From contig CM119266.1 in the NCBI GenBank assembly GCA_051294375.1, positions 26,646,447 through 26,710,446 of the forward strand: DNA of 64,000 nt, read 5' to 3'. The translations under genes were made by a program, and so were the position numbers. The notes beneath the pieces were generated by a model. That model was not told the DNA's origin. It saw only the letters and a program-made list of their open reading frames with translations, and searched no databases. Shown one piece after another: positions 1-13,609 of the stretch (the first letter of the stretch is position 1; every line of letters begins with the position of its first letter). Origin of the DNA: Paraspadella gotoi (lineage: Eukaryota > Animalia > Chaetognatha).

Positions 1-375
1 TCGAGGATAGCGGGAAGTGTAAAGTAAGGAAAAGGAAGAATCCGACGATGATTTATGATAGTTTGATATACCAAAATGAATTATTGTTTTGGCATATTAC
101 AAGGTAATATTATTACATACAACACACGCTCCAGCTTTTGAGGGAACCCATCTATCGGACACGAGATTTTCCCAAAATTCCATCGAATTTCTAAAACCCT
201 TTTATGACCCCCCCCCGCTTCCAGTAACCTTCTTGAATAGCGAGCGCCGCTAAGCTGGCGTCGGTTCGGAGCGCCTCCGAATAGAGATGGCGCCAAACGC
301 CACTCACGTCGATAACGTGTAGCCAACTATATAAAACAGTAAAATACTCATAAAATTCAAGTTATTTATCAAATG

Positions 376-1239
376 CTACTCTTCAAACCTGCTCGACACA
401 AGCTCCGCTGCCAGAAGAGAAGCGATGTTCAACTGTCCGAAGATTCGTCGCGCTATAGAGACTTTGATCGAGGCAACGTACGTCACGACATCTTGAGACG
501 AGGACGTTCCTGAAACTGATCTTTTGTTGACGAGCAGTTGGAGAGAGCGGAAGACTGGGACGAGGAGGCAGGGGTCGTATACGGTTGCTGGTTCTGTAGA
601 GTCCGATTCGGAAAGAGAGAGGAGGTGTTCCGGGATAGTGGAAGAGAGAGATGTTTCGAGGGTGGTGGGGATGGATGACGCGTCGGAGAGAGCGAGGGGA
701 GTTGAAGGGGCGGAGGAATCCGAGGGGCTGACGGGAATTTCAGCGTAGGGATGGGCGTGGCTGGCGAACACAGAATCGTCGGATGGCGGTCCAGGTTCGC
801 CAGTTTCCTTCGGTCTTTGTATAATTTCTCCCGTTTCGTCGTCGTCGGCGTTTGACGAACTTTCCTTCTCTTTTCGATCGTCGTTCTCATTCCTCTCGTA
901 TTTTCCTCTTTCACTTTCCCGGTCTTCTCCTTTCTTTCCTTCCTCTCTTTCCCGGTCTTCTCCTTTCTTTCCTTCCTCTCTTTCCCGGTCTTCTCCTTTC
1001 TTTCCTTCCTCTCTTTCCCGGTCTTCTCCTTTCTTTCCTTCCTCTCTTTCCTCGTCTACGTCCTCTCGCTCTCCCTCCTCTTTCATTAACTGTTTAACCG
1101 AATTGCCCTCAATTTCTTTTTCCTCTCTTTTTCTTTCCTCCGTCAAAGTTTCCTTTTCCTGGTCTTCCTGATTCCATGGGTGAGGGTTGCCTCCTTCGTC
1201 TTTCTCCTCATTGTGGTTCATGATTTTATGAAAGAACAA
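376..1239 (-). CDS. Single-exon acidic low-complexity protein (orphan)
   Basis: 287-aa GC-rich ORF in AT-rich background; E/K/R-rich N-half with 11-aa repeats (REEGKKGEDRE), S/P/T-rich linker, short ordered-looking C-terminus. No family recognised; true start may be a downstream Met. Confidence 0.5.
   Translation of the reverse strand: MFFHKIMNHNEEKDEGGNPHPWNQEDQEKETLTEERKREEKEIEGNSVKQLMKEEGEREDVDEEREEGKKGEDREREEGKKGEDREREEGKKGEDREREEGKKGEDRESERGKYERNENDDRKEKESSSNADDDETGEIIQRPKETGEPGPPSDDSVFASHAHPYAEIPVSPSDSSAPSTPLALSDASSIPTTLETSLSSTIPEHLLSLSESDSTEPATVYDPCLLVPVFRSLQLLVNKRSVSGTSSSQDVVTYVASIKVSIARRIFGQLNIASLLAAELVSSRFEE
915..1050. repeat. 33-bp coding tandem repeat, ~4 copies
   Basis: Unit ttcccggtcttctcctttctttccttcctctct repeated in tandem; encodes REEGKKGEDRE on the minus strand. 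Confidence 0.9.
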
Positions 1240-1982
1240 CTAAACGTTTATTATTGCGGGAATCACATTTTTAATCGTTGTCTGAAAGAAACGCAGATAA
1301 AATTTTGTTTCAATAAGTCTTCCTATCCACTAAGCTCTTTTGATCAGTTTTCCTGTAAACATTTCATAACTTCCCAGGCAGTAGACAAAGCCTACTAGGC
1401 AATTAATTTGTAAATTTCACAATTTTTAAAAAGATTTTCAACAAAAAGAAAAGTAAAAACTAAAAAAAAAACTAATTGAAATTATTTCTGAAAATAACTG
1501 AACTCAAAATGGAAAAGAAAAACGAAAAAATAAGCAACGAAAGAATCATTTATTGCTTTTTACCTTCATATTTGACAAGCGACGATGGACGGCGAAACAG
1601 TGAGAAAAACAGTCTGTTCTTTCACAGCTGCCACATAAAACAAAACCCACCGAAAAAGCGACAGGATTGTTTACTACACAGTTTTACAAAGTTTTTGTTT
1701 CATTCCGTGCTGAGGCTCACTATGTATAATAAAAATGTCAGTCACACCTGGCGAAAATAAAGTTAAAAATATTTTGAGAACAAACTATTTACACGAAATC
1801 GGTAGAAGCATATTTACATTTTGCTTTTTTACATTTTAAAACAGTTTTCAGTCAGGAAAATACTGTTTTTGTAGTGACAGTTTTAGAGGAACAACAAAAA
1901 CCCGAAAAAGAGCTTTCGCACATCTTCCGCCTTTTCTTCCTCCTCCTCCTCCTTCTCCTCTTTTTCCTCCCCCTCCTCCTCT

Positions 1983-5284
<3,302 letters not shown>

Positions 5285-5734
5285 GGTGCGCGGGCGTCGC
5301 GACCTGTGACAGAGAGAAAGAGAGAAAGAGAGAAAGAGAGAAAGAGAGAAAGAGAGAAAGAGATTGAAAAATTGCTGAATTTGTTTACAGATACATTCAG
5401 TTTGTTTATAATTTTCTTTTACGTAGTAACTGTATTGTTGTCACGTTACATATTTATTAATTTTGTTTGAAATTGATAATTGGTTTTATTCTTTCCTTCT
5501 TCCCGTTTAATTTTCAATCTTTCGCCCAAAATAAAAATCCATAAAGTAAGCTCACAAACAAATCTTTTTTACATCCACACTGTTGGGTAAATCAATTATA
5601 CATTTATAAATTCCTTTTTTTACCTGACATCATACATTTGCGCCATTTTGAAAACGATATTTTGAGCTAACGCCGTTCGGGTAGGTCTCGCCTTGAGTCA
5701 CCTCGACAGGTAAGTTTTAATTCGTCATCTTGTC

Positions 5735-5815
5735 GAACCGACCAATCAGGATACAGGGCCAACAAATTCGACCAATCAAAATATTTGCATTGGGAGAAAA
5801 AATCGACCAATGAGA
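5735..5815. promoter_or_regulatory. Triple CCAAT-box cluster, candidate bidirectional promoter
   Basis: cgaCCAAT at 5742, 5772 and 5807 (30-35-bp spacing, typical NF-Y arrangement) between the divergent ATP1B-like and HEPN genes; plus-strand GTAAGT donor-like sites at ~5710 and ~5885. Confidence 0.5.
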
Positions 5816-7055
5816 ATGCGCGGCTCCCTTCATCGAAACAGGTTTTTTTCTTCTTTCGAGTGATGTCCCTGTTAGAAAAAACGGGTAAGTTTTAAGAGCA
5901 AGGAATCATCAGTCGTATCTGAATGAACTCAATGATTTTCTCTAAAGGTTCGCAGTTAAATTTTACATCTTAATTCGTAGATTAATTATTAAATTAAGCG
6001 TTAATTAGAAAAATAATGAAGCCTGATATAACTTAAAACAAAGTTTGCTCTCGGTTTTGTTTATCGCCAAGACATTTTGATAAACGCGTTCCAGTTAGGA
6101 AGAATTCAGGGTTAAAGTTTAAAAACGTTTCATTTTCAAGGATACAAGTTGAAATTTAAAAATGTCTTTATTACATTTTTCTAATTCAGTAATAAAAATT
6201 TCATAAAAAATATCAGATGGATTGGCTTTTTCGTTTGACCTACAACTCTTCAGATAGGTTTCTTTTATTTTATATTATAATTAAAACCGATATAAAATGG
6301 CGTAGAAGGTATCAAATGTTTAAAGTGAATACATTTTCGGAATCGCTAGGAGCTCAGCTTTTTGAATCTCCATTTTGGCCTATTTCGAAGTTGATTTGAA
6401 TGACCCTTTTTCTTAAATTAAATCTTGTTCATAAATTTTAACTAATTTTTGATCGTTTATTTTTCTATCTTGCCAAAGAAATCGCAGAAACTTATTTAAG
6501 AATTTCTGGCAAAAACAAAGTTACTCTGAACAATACCATTATACATATATGAAATTTGATATATTTAGTTTATTATCTGTCGAATTTTTAGTTGATGTGC
6601 CTAATTTCTTTTAGAAATAATCAGAGAAGTGAGCGAGCGAGAGAGGAGAAATCCGGACGCGGTTGATGTTTTCGTGAAACTTTCAATTTTTAACTTTTAA
6701 GTTTTATAATTATATCGAACATCGACCCAGTATTGTTCACTTGTCGATTCTCGATCGGGATTTTTTTCTTCTTTTCGTGGAATCACATTTGAGTCACTAG
6801 AAAATATTTCTAAAAAACCCGCATTTAATTTGGAAGGAATCATCAATAATACAGTTTTTTCTGAATAATTAATATTTATCGTTATTCGATTTTTTACTTT
6901 CATCCCTCGCGAATGTTACATCACGGCCATTTATCGCCGAAGAAATGACGTTGATTTTGTACTTAGTTTTTTACCATTCTAAGGACAATTTTTAATTACG
7001 TAGTATTAAACTACAAATTAAATTTAAACAGGAAAAACAACGATTTTTAAATCAG

Positions 7056-7556
7056 ATGGCGTTTGTGTTGGACGCGGATCAAGAGGCCCGCGCCCGTCGC
7101 AGCCTTGTCGCTGCCGAACGCACCCTCAAACGTCTCGCCCACCGACAAGGAATTCCCGACTACGCCGACGACATCGGAGAGACAGCGCAGGCGCTTCTCG
7201 ACGAGGGACGCTTGACGCAGCAGCAAAGAAAAGCCGTGCTGACGCTCCGCCATTCGAGGAACGAACACGCTCATGATTGGAACCGACTGAGTTTGACGGA
7301 ACGTAATCAAGTGATATCGAAAATGCGACGGGCCGTGACGCAGCTGGGCGGACAATGCGACGGGGGTAGTGACGTCGTTCTCTCGTCGACGATGGGGTCA
7401 TCCCACGGGTCCGGGTTTAGGGGTCCCTACGATTTCAATTCTCCTAATTCTACTGGGGGTAACAGGGAACCAAATGTTGCTTTGTTCCTTATGATTGTGT
7501 TGCTTTTGCTAGTATTTTTATGGTTTGCTTCTTTAGCTGGGAAACATTTTAAATAA
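7056..7556 (+). CDS. HEPN-domain putative ribonuclease with C-terminal transmembrane anchor
   Basis: 166-aa ORF: N-terminal helix with ExxLK (AAERTLKRL), helical segment ALLDEGRLT, R-X4-H motif RNEHAH (7257-7274), G/S-rich linker, hydrophobic tail VALFLMIVLLLLVFLWFASL followed by GKHFK. Confidence 0.75.
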   Translation: MAFVLDADQEARARRSLVAAERTLKRLAHRQGIPDYADDIGETAQALLDEGRLTQQQRKAVLTLRHSRNEHAHDWNRLSLTERNQVISKMRRAVTQLGGQCDGGSDVVLSSTMGSSHGSGFRGPYDFNSPNSTGGNREPNVALFLMIVLLLLVFLWFASLAGKHFK

Positions 7557-7686
7557 AATTTTCAATGAAAGTATTTACGCATTCTTTTAATTATGCTACG
7601 AGAAAATCGGCAAATTATGTAATTTGCAACAAAAAAATCTTATAACGAAATTTAACAAATATTATAAAGAATAAAAACGCTAAAAA

Positions 7687-8233
7687 CTAAAAATTAGTAA
7701 TATTAAAAGCATATTTGAGAATGAAGTAGATGATGAGTATGATGACAACGCTGACGACTACCGTCGCAAGGATCGCGTAGATGAACATCCTTCTACACAA
7801 TCGGTCGCCCCGACGCCGTGCCGGATTCACGGGGGCGGTAGCTGGTGTGGGGCGGAAATAGAGATTGTATTAGGGGGAGACGGTAAAAAAATCGATCCTT
7901 TACCCTAAATACTACTTAAAAACGTTTGATCGCGTTGAATTTTATGGAATTATATTTTTATTTTTAGTGCTATTAATGCAATTGGTCTTGCTCAATGCTC
8001 ATTTATCGTTTGAATGCCAAATTGTTTCTTTTATCGTTTTATTGTTTAATCTTTTTATCGTTTTAACTGTCAAATTGTTTCTTTTATTTCGGAAAAAACA
8101 AAAAAAACAAACAAAAACGTTTGATCGCGATAATGGAGATATGGTGAAGGAGAGAGAAGGGGAGGGGGGGAGAGAGAGAGAGAAGGGGAGAGAGAGAGAG
8201 AAGGGGAGAGAGAGAAGGGGAGAGAGAGAAGGG

Positions 8234-8264
<31 letters not shown>

Positions 8265-10361
8265 GGGGAGAGAGAGAGAGAGAGAAGGGGAGAGAGAGAA
8301 GGGGAGAGAGAGAGAGATGGTTGGGAGAGAGAGAGATGGTTGGACAGAGAGAAATAGAGAGAGAGAAAGGGAAAAGGCTTTAAAATTTTCTCCGACTTCC
8401 TGAGAGAAACTCTGAAGACAAGTATCACCAAACCCCCTTTTCAACCGCGACTAACGTGATACGTATTCCGTGCCCTGCAAGACGTGATCCTCGATGCGTT
8501 CCACGAGGTTGCTCTGATCCTCCGCAATCAACATCATCTCGACGAAGAGTTGGTGGAGTTCGCGGATGGAGTTTTCCAGTTTCTTTATGTCCGCCTGTCG
8601 GGCCTCGATGTCGGCCGTCGACTGTTTCGCCTCTTTGCGAGTGCGGGAGCTGAAGCTCTGAAGGATAATTGTTTTTAATCCTCAGCATTTGTTTCAAAGA
8701 AAAACAAATTGAGGTTATTAACGAACCAAAAATGAACGATATTATATATTTCTATTGAGGTGGTATATTCACACCACCTCACGTCCACGATCGTTTATAC
8801 AATTGGCTCAGAGGAGGAACACACAATCCCAGGGTGTTGTGTTCCATCCACAGTCCTAACGACTTACCTCTGCGTTGGCAAAGCGAGACCGTCCTAGGGT
8901 AACCGCGCCAGTGACTGGATGCGTCACTGAGGGTCGGAAGCCCCCAAAACCAACAGATGCCCCATCACAATAGGCATCACAGGCAACCCGGCTGTTGCCA
9001 TACTATATTCAATATTCATATCGCAATCATAGAAAATATTATAATTAAAGTTTGTGTAATGTTGTTAACTGTCCCATATACTTCCGAATGCAGTTAATCA
9101 TCACTTAAAATGCTTTCTCTAAATATAAAATTCAGACTCAAACCCAAGTCCCCACACAGACCCACGGTCCCACACCCAATGCCCCACAACCTTCGTGAGG
9201 AGGTGGACGTTTCCGGTTGCGAGCATTTTCTCGAGCTCCTCTTCAGTGACGCTTCTTCCGGTGATTTTAAGTTGACGCCGAATTCGCTGTTTGCATTTTT
9301 CGCGAAAGTCGTTCTGCGATAAACGAGGGTGAAGAGAATTAGGGTAAGGGCTGCGGAAACGGAGAATAAAACAAAATTTTACATTCTCCGACTGGGATTT
9401 TCGCTTCTTATCAGGCGTTTATATACATCAAGTTAATGATACCGATGCTTTTATACCAGTTCGGGGAATCAGAACATTTTCGAACCATCATGAATACTTC
9501 TCCCGTGATCCGACCTTGACTTGGGTGTAAGTCCGCATTGATTCGACGAAATCTGCAAACAAAGACGAGTGACGTGTTCGTCGAATTCTCGCGCGGTCGC
9601 CGTCACCCTCGTGGTACACGGGAGCGATGTTGTCGAGACGAGATCTGACCGAGAAGGCCAAGCGTTTGGTCTGAGGAAGAGGAACGATTTTCTTTGAGCT
9701 CGAACGTAACAACGAATTTAAATTAAAAACTGATACCGTTTTTGGTCAGAAAAATTAAAAATTTCAAAATATTTAACATCCCACGCAGTGTCAAGAAATT
9801 ACATTTTCCATAACTTCCTCCAAATTCTTATTAATTTCTATGTTATCGGAGGTGGAGAGGAGCGACGAGTGTAGCTTGTTCAAGACGTCAACATTGGAGC
9901 GAATCTGGAGATTAGAGACGTGGATTTCTTCGGCCAGAGCGAGAAATTCGTCCAAGTCGGATTCGCTCTTAAAGGTAAAGGGGGGGGGGAAAGAAGGATG
10001 AAACGTATTATACTTAAAACCTACGATTGAACAAATGTTTTCACCATCAACGTTTTTGAAAATTTAAGATTAAGACTTTGACTTTACTCGCTACTCAATA
10101 TTACTCAATACTCGGTAAAAAAAGAAATTGCGTTAAACTTATTATTATTATTATTAATTATTATTTATATTTATTAATATCACTTTATTATTATTACTAT
10201 TTGTCAATTTGATTTAAATATCTTACCGATAATCTGCGTCTATTTTCCTCGATGGCCACGCCGCTGCTCGTCGGCTGCTCCTCCGCGATGTTGAGATCGA
10301 CTCCTCCAGATTCTGACGCGGTCGTCGATCGATGGAATTCGACGCGGAGGAAGTTCGACAT
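7687..10361 (-). CDS. STX1: Syntaxin-1-like plasma-membrane Qa-SNARE, 6 coding exons
   Basis: Exons ~10361-10227, 9968-9800, 9670-9514, 9313-9191, 8657-8455, 7841-7687. Habc segments LDEFLALAEEI and RIRRTRHSSLFADFVESM; FREKCKQRIRRQLKITGRSVTEEELEKML; SNARE motif IEARQADIKKLENSIRELHQLFVEMMLIAEDQSNLVERIE; C-terminal TM. Confidence 0.88.
8140..8375. repeat. GA-rich simple repeat in syntaxin intron
   Basis: Degenerate (gagagagaaggg)n purine tract. Confidence 0.85.
8753..9003 (-). mobile_element. Dispersed repeat family A (~255 bp), copy 1
   Basis: Reverse complement of 42221-42478 and of the split copy at 50944-51035 plus 53833-53985; terminal hairpin tgaggtggt...accacctca. Confidence 0.85.
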
Positions 10362-10805
10362 TCTGTCTCGAATCGTCGAGTGGTGACGGGTAAGTGCTTA
10401 CTTTTTTTGAGGAGAAGTTGGAATGATGCGGGAATTTCGGAATTATAACAGAGCCGGATATTTATATTTTGAGCGGAGTTTCGAGGGTAGAAAAATTGGT
10501 AATTTTTTTGATATTATAAGCGCGACTAGAGATAACAGCCTGGAAATAGAAAATAGGAAATAAAAACTATCATTTAATAGTTGAAACCAGTTAGCAAAGT
10601 CTAGACCTACTGATGGTTGGATTCTTCTCGTTAGAGTCAATAAAGAAAGAATCGGGAAGGAAGAAAGAATATTGCTGGGGCATAAATTGAAAATTAGAGA
10701 GAACGAGTGAGAGAAATGCGGTCACATTTAGAAAACGTGTCTCATTTTCGATCCTGATAAAAATTAGCCAGAATCTCTGTTGCGTCCTTAACTTGACCGT
10801 GGTTT

Positions 10806-10855
<50 letters not shown>

Positions 10856-11592
10856 TCTCTCACCCTCAGTGAGCGTGCACCAGTGCACGAAGAACTCGAA
10901 GAACTCCGATAAGAAAATATTGAAGCCAAGGCAATCTCATTAAAACATAATGCATTTATTGGTTTTGTTTTTTTACAATATGCAATACGCAAAGAATAGA
11001 GACTATATAACTTGATAATTAGTTGTTTTTAACTTTCAAGATAATATGCTTTGAAAAATCCTTTTTACATATTAGAAATATTGAATGCATAATATTGAAG
11101 AAAAGCCATTTATAATTTTAAAAAAAGGCAAGTACGTGATCAAATTACAAACTTTGTAGATTTAAAACATCCAAAAAACAAAAGAAAAATCGAACAAACA
11201 GGAATTGTTTCATCACTTCATAAATCAAAATCATTCATCATTCATGAATCGTTCTTCTCGAGTTTTTCTCGATGCGTCGATCTTGACCGCTTCAAGATTT
11301 TCCTCCTCCTCCATCTGCCTCTCCTGTCCCGCTTATCTCGCCCAGCCCATTCCACGGCCAGAGACTTTAATTTCTGTACATTGCACAATTTCTTTTTCTC
11401 ATTGTCCGACTCCGCCTCTTAATCCTCGTCGTCTTCCAAGGGGGAGTCGCCAAAGATTCCGAAATCCCCAGTTCTAGGCTTTGTTATAAAATGAGGCATC
11501 GGCGTGATTCTTTGGAAGAACAGGCATCTGAAAAAAATTTGAGTATTATTTTTCAGAATTGAGAGTTCGCGAGTCACTGTGTCTTTTGTTTT

Positions 11593-13609
11593 TTAGACAA
11601 ATCGCAAGCTACTACCCGCGCCTCCAGCGTCGTTTTCGGGAATATATTGTTCTTCTGTATCCGAATCTGAACCGTAGTCGTCGAGCGAAGCGAAAGCGCC
11701 ACAGTTGACAATTCTAAAAAAATTTATAAACATTAAAAAAAAAAAAAAAAACTGTATTAGCAATTAGAACAATAGAAAATAGTTTGCAGCAACATTAAAT
11801 CATGATTGACAACGACCACTCAGCCCCTAAATTCTCCAACACTCCGTCAAAAAGACCTGCAGTCCCTGAAAGGTCGATTGTCACGCGGGTCTGTGGGTTC
11901 ACGCTCGATCTCTCTGACCACGCCCATCCCACGCAAGACGCGACCGAAGACGACGTGGCGCTTGTTGAGATGAGGCGTCGCCGTCGTCGTCACGAAAAAT
12001 TGAGATCCGTTCGTGTTTTTGCCTCTGGGAAGAAAAAGTCGAGTTATTTATTCGTTATAATTTTCATAATTTAATTTCATCATTCAAAATCTTTTCATTT
12101 CACTAAAAAAAGTTTAAGGAAAACAAAGTACTTTCAGCCACCTGTTGGCCATCGAAAGAAGACCCGGGACAGAATGCTTTAACAGAAAGTTTTCGTCGTC
12201 GAAAAGTGAACCGTAGATGGATTCACCGCCAGTCCCGTTGAAGGACGTGAAATCCCCGCCTTAGGAAAATTAATTTTACGATTCAAGTAAATATCTGAAT
12301 GAATTAATGTTTGATTGACTGAGTTAACTATTGCCTTCTGGACTACAAGAGAAATTTTGCATACGCAATTGAGTATTAATTTATCTTTATAAATGTCGAC
12401 TCCTTGTTTATTAACCGTAAGTATTATTAAAAAAAAATCGGAAGAAATTCTTTACTAAGTTTGCCATTTCTAGCCATTAGGCATTACCCTGTATCATAAA
12501 GTTTGGAATGACCCTGTGGAAGATGGAACCCTTGTAGTGCAACGGGACACCCTTAAAGGTTTCCCCGGCGTCTCCCACGCAGAGGCGCCGAAAATTCTCC
12601 GCCGTGATCGGAACCATGTCGCTGGAAAAGGACAGTGGACAATAATTATTGTCCATTGTCGACTCTCATTCCCACTGGACATGGAAACGGAAACGGGATT
12701 GAGAGTGGACATTGGACATTGGACATTGACCAATGGGGGAAAGAAATAATCTAATAGAGAAATGGAAATGATGAATTGGGAAAGCAGAATAGGAATAGAA
12801 AGCGAATATGGATTAAATTCCAAAAAAATAATTTAAAGAATAATTAAATGAAGGAAATAGTTGATAAGCATAGTAATCTCGAAGAGAATGAAAGAAAGTC
12901 GGACATAGCCATAGAAAAATAATAAATGGAAGTGAAAACAAGTGAACAACCGAGTTGCCAATAGAGAAGACCGTTAAAATACGATCCTTCAAATAAACAG
13001 CAATCAACTGCTGGCCTAAGTTAACTATATGGCGGACAGAAAGACAGCGCATACGAAGCCCGAATTGCGGGATTGAATTTTATTTTAGAGACAAATAGGG
13101 AAAGGTATTTTTCAAAAATGGTAATAGAATCCCGAAGAAATTCAAGTAGATTTCCTCAGGATAAAAAGGAAGATATATGTAAAAACATGTGTCAAAATTA
13201 TATATAAATAATACATATAGTTCATTCATTCATATGATTTAAAAAATTATTTTATTCTCGTTTACGAAATAAATATATTCTTACAACATGCAAAGTAAAT
13301 TCTTATTCAACTTCAAGAAATAAATCTGTTTGCGTAAAACTGAAATTGAAAGATGGCAGAAGATTTCCCACTCGACCCAAAAGATAATAAACAAAGGAAT
13401 CCTCTCAAAAACAGGGGAAGAATTGAAACCCAAAAAGTAGAGCAAAAACCTCAAAACTTGTGAAAGTAAATAAATTAATAACTTGAAATAAACCTGAAAA
13501 GTTCGAAGACGATTCGTCCAACGAAGTCGTCGCCGATTTCGATGTCGAAAAAAACCATCGGGTTTTGAGGATTCGGTTCCGAGTTTGAATAATCGACGTG
13601 CGTCGCCAT
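11593..13609 (-). CDS. PPID: Cyclophilin-type peptidyl-prolyl isomerase, Cyp40/PPID-like catalytic domain
   Basis: Exons ~13609-13494, 12621-12489, 12260-12142, 12024-11857, 11713-11593. [82 protein letters not shown]. The 3' end is uncertain (possible extra exon near 11245-11527). Confidence 0.88.

Noticed and set aside
7056-7556. HEPN ORF as part of a prokaryotic toxin-antitoxin or CRISPR locus, or contamination
   Set aside because: No adjacent MNT antitoxin or cas genes; flanks are contiguous AT-rich DNA with spliceosomal genes on both sides.
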